In this document: piece after piece, positions 27,755 to 38,062 of the stretch
Position numbering within the stretch: the stretch's first letter is position 1
How the letters are laid out: each line of letters starts with the position of its first letter
DNA from: Vulcanimicrobiales bacterium
Lineage (GTDB): Bacteria; Vulcanimicrobiota; Vulcanimicrobiia; Vulcanimicrobiales; Vulcanimicrobiaceae
NCBI GenBank assembly: GCA_038231455.1
Contig: JBBRLI010000008.1
Location: forward strand, 1-64,000
DNA length: 64,000 nt
Reading direction: 5' to 3'
The notes under the pieces: generated by a model
Databases searched by the model: none
What the model was told of the DNA's origin: nothing
Seen by the model: only the letters and a program-made list of their open reading frames with translations
Position numbers and translations under genes: made by a program

Positions 27755-28432
27755 ATGCGCGATCAATATATCGACCTCGGTGATGCGCGCGTCGACGTGC
27801 GGCGCGCGGATCGCACCGGTATTCCCGAAGTCGTTTTCGCTGAGTCGAAAACGATCGAGCAGATCGTCGCCATCATGCGCGAGCTTCACGCGCGCGACGG
27901 GTTTGCGCTTGCGACTCGGGTGCCGCCCGCCTTTGCGACCACGCTGCTTGAGGCGTTGCCGATGGCGGTCTTCGACGAACGTGCGCGGGCGATGCGCATG
28001 GGTCGTTTACCGCAAACGCGCGGCGTGGTCGGCGTTCTCTGCGCCGGTACATCGGATTTACCGGTCGCCGACGAGGCGGCGTTCACGCTCGAGGCGTTCG
28101 GGCATCGCGCGATTCGCCGCACCGACGTCGGCGTTGCGGGCCTGCATCGTCTACTCGCCGATTTCAACGAACTGCAAACATGTGACGTGCTCATCGTCGT
28201 CGCCGGGATGGAAGGCGCGCTTCCCAGCGTCGTCGCGGGCCTCGCTCATCCGCCGATCGTCGCAGTTCCGACGAGTATCGGCTACGGTGTGAGTGCGGGC
28301 GGGTTTACGGCGTTGCACGCCATGCTCGCGTCCTGCGCCCCGGGGATCGCCGTCGTCAATATCGACAACGGTTTCGGCGCCGCGGCATTTGCCCATAAGC
28401 TCATTCTCTCGCGATCGCGGGAGCCGGGTTGA
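27755..28432 (+). CDS. larB: LarB/CpmA-like (PurE-fold) nickel-pincer cofactor biosynthesis protein
   Basis: R..RTG.PEVVF...KT, AGTSDLPVA.EA, DVGVAGLHRL, AGMEGALPSVV, PTSIGYG, VNIDNGFGAA. Confidence 0.9.
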   Translation: MRDQYIDLGDARVDVRRADRTGIPEVVFAESKTIEQIVAIMRELHARDGFALATRVPPAFATTLLEALPMAVFDERARAMRMGRLPQTRGVVGVLCAGTSDLPVADEAAFTLEAFGHRAIRRTDVGVAGLHRLLADFNELQTCDVLIVVAGMEGALPSVVAGLAHPPIVAVPTSIGYGVSAGGFTALHAMLASCAPGIAVVNIDNGFGAAAFAHKLILSRSREPG

Positions 28433-28469
28433 GCGATTGCTTGAGCGGGTACCTCTGAGCGCAACCCCG

Positions 28470-31076
28470 ATGACCGATATTCTCACGAGTCTTGCCCAGC
28501 GACCCGACGCATCGACACGCGCCGTTCTCGATACCATGCCGCATTTCGTCTGGACGTGCGATGCCTTCGGCTCCTGCGATTACCTCAGCTCGCGTTGGAT
28601 CGCATATACGGGAATACCCGAGTCCGATCAGCTTGGCATGGCTTGGCAGAACGCCGTTCATCCCAACGACCGCTCTCGCACCGCCGCTGCGTGGACCGCG
28701 GCGAACGTAGCGGGCGCGCCATACGACATCGACTACCGTTTGCGCCGATACGACGGCAATTACCAGTGGTTTCGGACGCGCGCTTATGCGCTGCGCGACG
28801 CAGACGAACGGATCGTCCGTTGGTTCGGTACCTCGACCGACGTCGACGCACAAAAACACGGCGAGGAAGCTCTGCGCTTCATCGCGGATTCGAGCGAATT
28901 GCTCGCCTCGAGTTTGGACATCGAGATCGTCCTCGACTCCGTCGCGAAACTCGCCGTCGAGCGGGTTTGCGACTGGTGTAGCCTGTATCTTGCCGACGAC
29001 CGCGGCGGACTTCGGCCGGTTGCCTACGCGCATCAGGATCCGGCGCGCGTAGTCGCCGTCGCGCCGTTCATCGACGAGTACCCCGTGCGTCCGGGTGATC
29101 CGCTTGCCGAAGTGGTGCGTACCGGTACGCCGCTGTTCATTCCCGAAATACCCCAGGAGCTGATCGATGCAGCGGCGCGTGACGAACGGCATCGCGCGCT
29201 GATCAACGATCTTCAGCTTCACTCGGTGATCATCGTTCCGCTCGTTGGACGTAAGGGTCCATTCGGCGCACTGCAACTCATCAGTGCGGAAAGCAAAAAG
29301 ACGTTTACCGACGAGGACTTTCAACTCGCAAACGTGCTTGCGAAACGCGCCGCAGTCGCGATCGAAAATGCACGCTTGTTCGATCAGCAGGCTCGCAGCG
29401 AGCGGCGCTTGCGTTTTCTCGCCGAGGTCAATTCGGCGCTCGCCGGATCGCTTGATTTAAACGATACGCTGCGCAAGCTCGTTCGGATTGTCGTCCCGGA
29501 ATTCGCCGATTGGTCTTCGGTCAACTGGATCAACGATGACGGCGAAATCGAAGATTCGTATATCTATCATCGCGATCCGCAGATGGATTCGGCGGCTCGC
29601 ATGCTGGCAAGCCGCCAGTTCATCTCGCCGGAGTATCGCGAAGGACGCGCGGGCGTGCTCAAGCTGGGGAAGACCCAGATCAACCGCAACGTCGATCCCG
29701 AGCAGTTCGAATCGATTATCCGGGCGATGAAAATGACGCCGGAAGCCGCTGAAGCCGCTCGGCGTATGGGCTACCACTCCGCGATTATCGTTCCGCTGAT
29801 TGCCGAAGGCCGGATGCGCGGCGTTCTCTCGGCGGTCTGGTCGCACGAGAAAAATTATAGCGACAACGACGCCGTGCTTTTTGAGGAGATCGCGCGTCAG
29901 GCGGCGCTCGCAATCGAACGTGCCTCGATATACCATCGCGAGCGGCGTGTCTCCGATACGTTGCAGCGCGCGCTCTTGCCGACTTCACTTCCTGCCGTAC
30001 CGGGGCTGACGTTCTCGGCAACATATACCCCCGGACTTTCGGAAGCGCAAGTCGGCGGCGACTGGTACGACGCGTTCACGCTTGAGGATGGCCGCGTGGC
30101 GGTTTCGATTGGCGATGTGACCGGACGCGGGCTTCAGGCGGCAGTGATCATGGGCAAGATGCGCCAAGCGCTCAAGACGCTCTCGCTCTACGAGTCCGAC
30201 CCCTCACGCCTGCTCGACATCGTCGACCGCGAACTCAAGCGAACCGATCCCGAAGCGATCGTGACGGCGCTCTTTGGAATCTTCGATCCCGCCCAAATGT
30301 CGCTCTCGTATGCGACGGCCGGACATCCGCCGCCGTTCGTGCGCTATCCCGATGGTATTGTCGAGATGCTGCCGGCGCGCGGACTTCCGCTAGGTTTGCG
30401 CGGGCTCATCGAAACGCCGACATCGACGGTGCGGCTCCCGACGGGTTCGGTCGTCGTCTTATATACCGACGGTTTGACCGAATCGACACGCGATGTCAAC
30501 GAAGGCGAACGACGCGTCGCGGTGGCCCTGGGCGAAGCATCGCTGCTCGATGCAAGTAACATCGCGGAATTTCTTCAAGAGAGCGTGGTCGGCGCGGCAT
30601 CGCAAGACGACATCGCAATCCTCACGATTGCGCTCACCGGCGACGGCGAGGCCTCCGGCGGACTCGTGCGACATACAAGCGATTGGACGATGCGCTGGGC
30701 GTTTGATGCGCGCGACGCGCGGTTAGCGCATGAAGTCCGCTCCGTCTACATGAACTACTTGCGCGCGCGCGGCGACGCGACCAGCGACTACGACGCCGCC
30801 GAGATCGTCTTTGGCGAACTGGTCAGCAACGTCGTGCGTCACGCACCCGGTCCGATTGAAATCGAACTCGAATGGAATAACGCCGCGCCCGTCTTGCACG
30901 TGCTCGATCGCGGCGACGGTTTCGATCGTGGTGCGGAATTACCGACCGATCCTTTGAGCGAATTCGGCCGCGGGTTGTGGCTCATCCGCACGCTTACCGA
31001 GGATTTTTCGCTCTCGGATACGCCAGGTTACGGCACGCACGCGCGCACGGTGCTACCGATTCGGCGCGTCGTGTGA
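28470..31076 (+). CDS. PAS-GAF-GAF-SpoIIE (PP2C) phosphatase with C-terminal HATPase
   Basis: VHPND..YRLRR.DG.YQWF, LQRALLP, VGGDWYD, GDVTGRG, YTDGLTE, QDDIAIL, ELVSNVVRHA. Confidence 0.92.
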   Translation: MTDILTSLAQRPDASTRAVLDTMPHFVWTCDAFGSCDYLSSRWIAYTGIPESDQLGMAWQNAVHPNDRSRTAAAWTAANVAGAPYDIDYRLRRYDGNYQWFRTRAYALRDADERIVRWFGTSTDVDAQKHGEEALRFIADSSELLASSLDIEIVLDSVAKLAVERVCDWCSLYLADDRGGLRPVAYAHQDPARVVAVAPFIDEYPVRPGDPLAEVVRTGTPLFIPEIPQELIDAAARDERHRALINDLQLHSVIIVPLVGRKGPFGALQLISAESKKTFTDEDFQLANVLAKRAAVAIENARLFDQQARSERRLRFLAEVNSALAGSLDLNDTLRKLVRIVVPEFADWSSVNWINDDGEIEDSYIYHRDPQMDSAARMLASRQFISPEYREGRAGVLKLGKTQINRNVDPEQFESIIRAMKMTPEAAEAARRMGYHSAIIVPLIAEGRMRGVLSAVWSHEKNYSDNDAVLFEEIARQAALAIERASIYHRERRVSDTLQRALLPTSLPAVPGLTFSATYTPGLSEAQVGGDWYDAFTLEDGRVAVSIGDVTGRGLQAAVIMGKMRQALKTLSLYESDPSRLLDIVDRELKRTDPEAIVTALFGIFDPAQMSLSYATAGHPPPFVRYPDGIVEMLPARGLPLGLRGLIETPTSTVRLPTGSVVVLYTDGLTESTRDVNEGERRVAVALGEASLLDASNIAEFLQESVVGAASQDDIAILTIALTGDGEASGGLVRHTSDWTMRWAFDARDARLAHEVRSVYMNYLRARGDATSDYDAAEIVFGELVSNVVRHAPGPIEIELEWNNAAPVLHVLDRGDGFDRGAELPTDPLSEFGRGLWLIRTLTEDFSLSDTPGYGTHARTVLPIRRVV

Positions 31077-31099
31077 CCTGCGAGGAGTATGGCGTTATC

Positions 31100-33580
31100 T
31101 CACGATGCTTTCGCCTGTTGCGCTAAGTCGATGAACATCGCCGGATCGACCGGTGGTCCGAAAAGGTACCCCTGATAGCTTTCGCACTCGAGCATCCGCA
31201 GGTGGTCGAGCTGCGATTGATGTTCGACGCCCTCGGCGATCGTCTCGAGGCCGAGCCGGCGTGCAAGCGAGATAACCGCGCCGACGATCGCGTCGAAGTG
31301 GCGGTCGGTAACGATATCGCTAATGAACGACTTGTCGATTTTCAGCGTGTCGAACGGGAAACGTTTGAGGTAGCTCAGCGAGCTGTATCCGGTTCCGAAG
31401 TCGTCGATCGAGAGGCGTACATCAAGTTGCTTGACGACGCTCAAAATTTCTGCCGCGACGGCGGGCTCTTGCATCACGCCGCTTTCGGTGATTTCGAGTT
31501 GCAAGAGGTGTGGAGCGAGTCGGGACTCGCGTAAGGCTCCCGCGATAATCTCCGGCAACTTCGGATTTTGGCACTGCGCAGCAGCGAGGTTGACGGTGAT
31601 CCCGAACGCATGCCCGCCCTCGTTCCACATCTGCCCCTGACGACACGCCGCGTGCAGCGCGAGTTCGCTAATCTCGGAGATCAATCCGATCTCCTCAGCA
31701 AGACCCACCCACTGATCGGCGGGCAACACGCCATGATCCGGGTGCCGCCAGCGACTGAGTGCCTCAGCGCCGACGACAAGTCCCGTCCGGCAGTTCACGA
31801 TCGGTTGATAGTACACCGTGAACTCGCGGTTACGCAGGCCGCGGTGTAGATCGTTTTCACGGTCGAGCCGCTCGGAGACCGCCGCCTGCATCTCTGCGCG
31901 GTAAAACGCGAAGCGCGACAAGTCGTTATTGCGCGCGCGCTCCATCGCAATGAGCGAAGCATTGATCAAGGTCTCAGCATCCCGGCCGTCGTTTCCGGCA
32001 AGCGCAATGCCCATTCGGGCGCGGAGGAAACGCTCGCCACTGCCGACCGTAACCGGTTCGTCAAAGGCGGAAAGCAGGCGCTTTGCGGAAGCCGCGACTT
32101 CTTCAATCGTCCGGGCGGCGAGGACGACGGTGAAGATGTCGCCGGCCGGTCGCGAGAGGGTATTAGAATCGTGCAAACTCGCTGCGAGTCGCGCGGCGAT
32201 CGTGCACAGTAGACGATCCCCAACGGAGTTGCCCGCGGCTTCGGAGATCGTTTTGAATCCGTCGATTGTAAGTGAGACAACGGCGACGAGTTCGCTGTCC
32301 CGTTCCGAACGCGCGATCGCATTGTCGATCCGGTCACGTAGCAGCACGCGATTCGGTAACCCGGTCAATTCATCGAAGTGCAACAGTCGTTCGATCTGCG
32401 CCTCGGCCGTTTTGCGCTCCGTGACGTCAAACGCAAAGCCGATGACGCCCTCGATCGCGCCATCAGCCGCCGTCAGCGGTCGCACACAACACTCATGCAG
32501 CAAACCGCCAAACTCGGATTCGAAACGGACTTCCTGGCCCTTAAGCGCGCGGCGGTGCGCATCGTGTGCGGGGTGATCCGGTGCGACAATGAACGAGCCG
32601 ATCGGCACACCGGCTAACTGATTTGGTTGTAAGCCGAGCTTCGTCAGTCCCGCTCCAAGGCCCGAGGTGAATTTCAGCTGCCGGTCCATCGTCCAAAGAA
32701 TTGCGGGCATCTGCCCGAGCAAAAACGCGAGCCGCTCGTCACGCTGGCGGACGCCTTCGCGCGATCGCGTGACCGCCTCACGAAGCCAACCAATTTCGTA
32801 GGTACCGACGATCAAGAGGATCAGCCAGCCTGCGATTTCGGGAAGTTCGTTGAGGTGATCTCCGATACTGTCGGGCTGATATGGCAATGCTGCAAGCGCC
32901 GTCACGAGGGTATTGCAGAGCGCCACGACCGCGAGCCACGTGTCAACCGCCGACAAGCGCGACCAATTGCGGACAAGAAGCACGCATGCCGCCAAGTCGA
33001 TCAACGCAATCGACAGCAACAGTGCGCTCCACGTTCCGGTAAGGCCGCCGTTCGGCATGAAGAGCGCGGGTAAGACGAACTGGAAGCGGACAGCTACGAA
33101 TGCAGCAACGATTGTCGCCGCGACCGTTGCGACGATGAAGCGTCGCACACGTGGCGCGCGTTCGATCCGCCGATCCAGCATGAACGCTGAGACGAAAATC
33201 GATATGGCAAAGCCGGCGTACGTAAAGCAGAAGAGGAAGCCGCCGGCTTGAAACGTGTTCCCGGGTGGAAGAAACGTCCGCGCGTACGCGTAGATCGGCT
33301 GTTCGAATGCCGAGATCAAGCCAGCGAACAGGTAGCCGCTGGCGAGAACGCCGATGCGGGCCGAGCGGCCCTGCATGGCAAGATTGAAGAGAATCAGCGC
33401 GGTCAGCAGACCGCCGATCCCGGCGATGACGGTCTCGAGCACAGCCGTCGCGTCGTAGCGCGGTAGCGAGACGTTGCGAAGGAACAGTCCCGTAGCGACA
33501 ATGCCAAGCAGCGCTGCGCCAAAAGCGAACGCTGCGCGCCGTTGCTGGTCGGTGATGACGGCATCCGTCTCAACAGCCAT
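31100..33580 (-). CDS. Membrane PAS-GGDEF(degenerate)-EAL phosphodiesterase
   Basis: N-terminal TM helices, DELTGLPNR, AGDIF in place of GGDEF, AEALSRW, EITES, DDFGTGYSSL, AEGVE. Confidence 0.92.
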   Translation of the reverse strand: MAVETDAVITDQQRRAAFAFGAALLGIVATGLFLRNVSLPRYDATAVLETVIAGIGGLLTALILFNLAMQGRSARIGVLASGYLFAGLISAFEQPIYAYARTFLPPGNTFQAGGFLFCFTYAGFAISIFVSAFMLDRRIERAPRVRRFIVATVAATIVAAFVAVRFQFVLPALFMPNGGLTGTWSALLLSIALIDLAACVLLVRNWSRLSAVDTWLAVVALCNTLVTALAALPYQPDSIGDHLNELPEIAGWLILLIVGTYEIGWLREAVTRSREGVRQRDERLAFLLGQMPAILWTMDRQLKFTSGLGAGLTKLGLQPNQLAGVPIGSFIVAPDHPAHDAHRRALKGQEVRFESEFGGLLHECCVRPLTAADGAIEGVIGFAFDVTERKTAEAQIERLLHFDELTGLPNRVLLRDRIDNAIARSERDSELVAVVSLTIDGFKTISEAAGNSVGDRLLCTIAARLAASLHDSNTLSRPAGDIFTVVLAARTIEEVAASAKRLLSAFDEPVTVGSGERFLRARMGIALAGNDGRDAETLINASLIAMERARNNDLSRFAFYRAEMQAAVSERLDRENDLHRGLRNREFTVYYQPIVNCRTGLVVGAEALSRWRHPDHGVLPADQWVGLAEEIGLISEISELALHAACRQGQMWNEGGHAFGITVNLAAAQCQNPKLPEIIAGALRESRLAPHLLQLEITESGVMQEPAVAAEILSVVKQLDVRLSIDDFGTGYSSLSYLKRFPFDTLKIDKSFISDIVTDRHFDAIVGAVISLARRLGLETIAEGVEHQSQLDHLRMLECESYQGYLFGPPVDPAMFIDLAQQAKAS

Positions 33581-33632
33581 GGGGCTTGCTACGTTCGGAC
33601 TCGCGAAAGCCTTACCTCGCTAGAAAAATAGG

Positions 33633-34004
33633 CTACCGGGGTTCCGTTTTGTTCGCGCGCGCGAAGACCATTGCGTCCTCAAGATGATCGAAGACATCGA
33701 GTCTCGATTTGAGCCCCGACATCTCGAGAATCACGCGTGCAGAGGGCAGGTTCGGAATAACGACCGCGAGTTTCTGCCGGTTTTTCGCCAGGCGTGAAGC
33801 AAGCGATCCGAGCGCATGAATCGTGCGACTATCGAAATAGCGGACGTTGGCGAGCGAGACGACGACGACGCCTTTGTTATGACCGGCCGCCTCGCCGAAG
33901 AGCGCTTCGAACCCGTGGACGTTTGACATGTCGAGTTCGCCGAACGCCTCGATGATCGGAATTTCGTCGTTCAAGTGAAGCTCGAATCGAGCTTGGTCGG
34001 TCAT
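33633..34004 (-). CDS. STAS anti-anti-sigma factor
   Basis: GELDM, SLANVRYFDS phosphoacceptor Ser, ILEMSGL. Confidence 0.9.
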   Translation of the reverse strand: MTDQARFELHLNDEIPIIEAFGELDMSNVHGFEALFGEAAGHNKGVVVVSLANVRYFDSRTIHALGSLASRLAKNRQKLAVVIPNLPSARVILEMSGLKSRLDVFDHLEDAMVFARANKTEPR

Positions 34005-36559
34005 CGTGTGGTCTCCAGCGTTTCGCGGGCCGGCGCTGCTTGGGCTTTGCGCGGGAAGGTCAGCCGGACCGTCGTGCCGCTTGGACCGGTGTCGACGTCG
34101 ACCTCGGTTCCTAGGGCCTTCATCAAGGGAAGCCCCCGGCCGCGTCCTTCCTCCCGCTCTGGACGCCAGTGCCCCGTATCGCGAACGATAACATGGAGCC
34201 CCGCCTCATTCTCTTCGGCACGGACGTGCAATCGCCCCGAGTCGATCCCGTAGGCGTGTTCGATGACATTGGCGACGGCTTCGCCGACGGCGACTTCGAG
34301 GGCAAAGTGTTCGTCGCGGTCCAGACCGTAGGCGACGGCGTAGCGTTCGAGGCCGGCACGAACGAGTCGAGCGCTTTCCGGCAGTGCTGGCAGTTCGATT
34401 TCGAGTGGCTCCCTTCGCACGCGTAGGCGGGCGACGGTGAGGATAGCAACATCATCGTTCGCGGGGCTTGCAAGGACATGAGATTCGATCGCGTGCGCTT
34501 GATTTGCGCGCCGCGAGACGACCGAGATCGCCGCCTCTTTGAGTTTGGCGATCCCTTCGATCACGTCGCGCCCGTATTCGATGAGACCGTCGGTATAGAG
34601 GACCAGGAGCGCATCGTCTTCGATTGCGACGGTGCGCATCTTCGGTTCGTGTTCGTCGAAGAGTCCGAGCGGAATGCCTTCGAGATCGAGCGTCTCGACG
34701 GTGCCGTCGGCGTGCGCGAGGAGTGGCGGCGGATGGCCGGCGCTCGCAAACGTAAACGAACCGCCGATCGGATCGAGGATGCCGACGACCGCAGTCACCA
34801 TGGTCGTGTTTTCCGAGAGACGCAGCACGCGTTCGGCGGCCATGAGGATCTCATCGGGCGCGAGATCCTGGAGCGCAAAGGCGCGAAACGCTTCGCGAAC
34901 TTTGCCCATCACGACGGCCGCTTTGAGACCGCGGCCTGCGACGTCGCCGATCGAGAGCACGATGCGGCCGTCGTTGAGCTGGAACGCGTCGTACCAGTCG
35001 CCGCCGATCGACGCGTCGAGCATGCCGGGGCGGTAGACCGCATCGAACGAGAGACCGGGCACGCGCGGCAGGGTCGGCGGTAAAAACGCCGCTTGGAGGG
35101 CGTCGGCGACGCGGTGTTCCCGATCGAAGGCGAGCGCGTTCTCGATCGCACTTGCCGCGCGCCGCGCGAGTTCTTGCGCGACGAGCACGTCGTCGGCTTC
35201 GTAGCGCCGTCCAGAATTTGCGTAGATGAGACAGATCGCGCCGATCGTGCGGCCGCCTGCGATCATCGGCGCGTAGATCGCCGAGCGCCAGCCGAACGTC
35301 GCGATTGCCGCAGCGTACTCTTCGCTCGCCGTAATCTCGCGAACGACCTCGGGACTATACGTGATGAGAATCGGCGTGCGTGTCCGCATCGTCTCGGAGA
35401 CTTTGCTTTTCGAATCGAGCGTCCGCGGATGACGTCGCTCGATCGAACTCAAGATCTCGACTTGTTCGGGATCTTCGTGTTCGAGTGCCATCGTGACGAT
35501 CGAGTCGTCTTCTCCGAGCAAAAATACGCCGCACCAATCGGCGATCGAGGGGACCGCCAGGCGTGCGAGGGACCGGCATGTCGTCGTCACGTCAAGCGAC
35601 GCGCCCAGCGTATCGGTCGCCTCCGCCAAGAAACGCAACTGCGCGAGTGCCCGTTTCTGCTCGTCGATATCCGTCGACGTGCCGAACCAGCGCAAGATCT
35701 TTCCGTCGACGTCGCGTTGTGCGATCGCGCGGCCGAGAAACCAGCGGTACGCGCCGTCGGCGCGGCGCAGACGATATTCGCGCTCGTATTCGGCGCCCGG
35801 CGGCGGGCTCGTGTGGAGCCAACTCAAAAACGAATTGTTCACGTCGTCGGGATGAATGCGTTCGGAGAAGCGGCCGGAGATCACACCTTCGCGATCGGTC
35901 CCGCTGAATTCGAACCACCGGTCGTTGAAGTATTCGACGACCCCGGCGGAATTGCAGATCCAGACAATTTGCGGAATCGAGTCCGCAAGATACCGGTAGC
36001 GCGATTCGGCGGTGATCGCATCGCGCTGCGTCCGCGTGCGCTCGGTGATATCGAGATTGATGCCCGCCCAGCCGGTAATCGCGCCGTCGCGAATGACCGG
36101 CGCCCCCCGCGTGAGAATCGTATAGCGTCTTCCGTCAGACGCGGCGATCTCGCTCTCGAATTCGAACGGGTTGCCGGACTTGGTGCGCTTGAGGTATTGG
36201 TTGAGAACCCGGTCGGCGGACGCGCCGTATGTCGAGGTCCAGCCGAAGCCGCGCAGGTCGTCGGGCGTTTTGCCGAAGAGTGCGGCGTACGACGCGCTCA
36301 CCTCGGTGAGTTCGCCCGTCGGTAGTCCCGCCCACACGCCGAAGGGGATCGAGTCGCCGGTCGCCAGATACTCGGCACGCGATTGTGCGAGACCCCGGAA
36401 GGCGCGCGTCCGCGCGCGGGCAATCGAGGTGAGCGCGACGAGATTCGCCGCGAGCAAAACCAAGATGGATGTGACGAGTTTGTACGGCGCAGGGACGACG
36501 GCAACGACGACGATACCGGCCGCTATTAAAGCCGCCGAAATCGCAAGAAGCCGACGCAT
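34001..36559 (-). CDS. TM-PAS-PAS-GAF-SpoIIE phosphatase with C-terminal HATPase (start probably 36559)
   Basis: IHPDD..YRLRRADG.YRWF, IGGDWYD, GDVAGRG, YTDGLIE, NDDVAIL, EAVANVIEHAY, GRGRGL. Confidence 0.92.
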   Translation of the reverse strand: MRRLLAISAALIAAGIVVVAVVPAPYKLVTSILVLLAANLVALTSIARARTRAFRGLAQSRAEYLATGDSIPFGVWAGLPTGELTEVSASYAALFGKTPDDLRGFGWTSTYGASADRVLNQYLKRTKSGNPFEFESEIAASDGRRYTILTRGAPVIRDGAITGWAGINLDITERTRTQRDAITAESRYRYLADSIPQIVWICNSAGVVEYFNDRWFEFSGTDREGVISGRFSERIHPDDVNNSFLSWLHTSPPPGAEYEREYRLRRADGAYRWFLGRAIAQRDVDGKILRWFGTSTDIDEQKRALAQLRFLAEATDTLGASLDVTTTCRSLARLAVPSIADWCGVFLLGEDDSIVTMALEHEDPEQVEILSSIERRHPRTLDSKSKVSETMRTRTPILITYSPEVVREITASEEYAAAIATFGWRSAIYAPMIAGGRTIGAICLIYANSGRRYEADDVLVAQELARRAASAIENALAFDREHRVADALQAAFLPPTLPRVPGLSFDAVYRPGMLDASIGGDWYDAFQLNDGRIVLSIGDVAGRGLKAAVVMGKVREAFRAFALQDLAPDEILMAAERVLRLSENTTMVTAVVGILDPIGGSFTFASAGHPPPLLAHADGTVETLDLEGIPLGLFDEHEPKMRTVAIEDDALLVLYTDGLIEYGRDVIEGIAKLKEAAISVVSRRANQAHAIESHVLASPANDDVAILTVARLRVRREPLEIELPALPESARLVRAGLERYAVAYGLDRDEHFALEVAVGEAVANVIEHAYGIDSGRLHVRAEENEAGLHVIVRDTGHWRPEREEGRGRGLPLMKALGTEVDVDTGPSGTTVRLTFPRKAQAAPARETLETTR

Positions 36560-36663
36560 CCGCGCGAACAAGCGCACGGGGGACGGAGCCACGCGTAGTG
36601 CTTCGGCCTTCTGCTTCACATCCCCGGCACTTCGTGCGCGTCTCCACGCGAAAGGCTCCACCC

Positions 36664-37536
36664 GTGAAACTCCTTACATTTACTGCCGGAACGGAACCCC
36701 GCTTCGGAGCCGCGGTCGAGCGGGAGGGTCATATGGGGGTTATCGACCTGGTCGCCGCAGATTCGCGTCTCCCGGCGACGTTGGACGCCTATCTTGCCGC
36801 CGAGTGCGCCGCACGCCCGCTCATCGAGGGAGTGCTAGCCCGGTCCGATGTGCCACTGCTAGGGCTCGAGTCGGTCCGGCTGTTGCCGCCCGTCGCCCGC
36901 CCATCCAAAGTGCTCTGCATCGGCCTCAACTACCGCGACCATGCCGCCGAAGTGAAGCTCGATTTGCCGACGTCGCCGACGGTTTTTGCAAAGTTCGCAA
37001 GCACGCTTGTGGGTGCTAACGCAGCGATCGTGATCCCCAAGCAAAGCGATCAAGTCGATTATGAAGCCGAACTGGCCTTCGTCATCGGTCGTCGCGCGCA
37101 CAACGTCGCGGAGTCTGACGCCTACGATTACGTGGCGGGTTATACGATCTTCAACGACGTCAGCGTGCGTGACGTGCAGATGCGCACGTCGCAGTGGACG
37201 CTTGGGAAAGCATTCGACACGCACGGACCGATCGGGCCATGGATCGTCACCCCCGACGAAATCCCCGACACGCATGTGCTCGGCATCCGGCTGCGCATTG
37301 GGGATGAACTGCTGCAGAATTCCTCGACCGAGCAACTCGTCTTCCGCATCCCGCGCTTGATCGCCGAACTGAGCGCCGTCATGACCCTCGAACCGGGCGA
37401 CATCGTCGCGACCGGAACGCCCGCGGGCGTGGGGTTCATCAAAAAGCCGCCGCGCTATTTGCTCGCGGGAGAGCGAGTGCGCGTCGAGATTGACGGCATC
37501 GGCGCGCTTGAGAACCCGGTGGCGGCTCAGCGATGA
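36664..37536 (+). CDS. Fumarylacetoacetate hydrolase family protein
   Basis: IGLNYRDH, DYEAEL, NDVSVRD, GKAFD, TGTPAGVG. Confidence 0.94.
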   Translation: MKLLTFTAGTEPRFGAAVEREGHMGVIDLVAADSRLPATLDAYLAAECAARPLIEGVLARSDVPLLGLESVRLLPPVARPSKVLCIGLNYRDHAAEVKLDLPTSPTVFAKFASTLVGANAAIVIPKQSDQVDYEAELAFVIGRRAHNVAESDAYDYVAGYTIFNDVSVRDVQMRTSQWTLGKAFDTHGPIGPWIVTPDEIPDTHVLGIRLRIGDELLQNSSTEQLVFRIPRLIAELSAVMTLEPGDIVATGTPAGVGFIKKPPRYLLAGERVRVEIDGIGALENPVAAQR

Positions 37537-37591
37537 AACGCTGTACCGCGCGTCAACCGGATCGCTTGGCCACAGGCGAGAAGCTCTTTGC

Positions 37592-38062
37592 GTGAGTACG
37601 CCGATTCGCTATGACCCCGCCCTGCTCGTCGCGCAAGCGAAGGCCCTGATCGAAGATGAGCGCGATCCGATCGCCAATGCCGCGAACGTCGCCGCGCTCA
37701 TCTTCGGTTCGCTCGATCGACTGAATTGGGCTGGCTTCTATTTCATGCGCGGCGGCGAACTCGTGCTCGGTCCGTTTCAAGGCAAGACGGCCTGCACGCG
37801 TATCGGCGTCGGCAAAGGCGTTTGTGGCACGGCCGTTGCGGAGCGCCGCACGCTCGTCGTCGCCGACGTCGAAGCGTTCCCGGGTCACATCGCGTGCGAT
37901 AGCGCGTCGCGCTCCGAACTCGTCGTGCCGCTCGTGCGCGACGGCGTCGTCTTTGGCGTCATCGACTGCGATAGTCCCGAACTTGCACGTTTTGATGATG
38001 ACGAACGCGTGCTGATCGAAGCGGTGGCGCAGCACTACGTCGCGGGTTCGGACCCGCTCTAA
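37592..38062 (+). CDS. msrC: GAF-domain free methionine-R-sulfoxide reductase
   Basis: NWAGFY, LGPFQG..AC, GKGVCG, GHIACD..SRSELVVP. Confidence 0.9.
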   Translation: MSTPIRYDPALLVAQAKALIEDERDPIANAANVAALIFGSLDRLNWAGFYFMRGGELVLGPFQGKTACTRIGVGKGVCGTAVAERRTLVVADVEAFPGHIACDSASRSELVVPLVRDGVVFGVIDCDSPELARFDDDERVLIEAVAQHYVAGSDPL

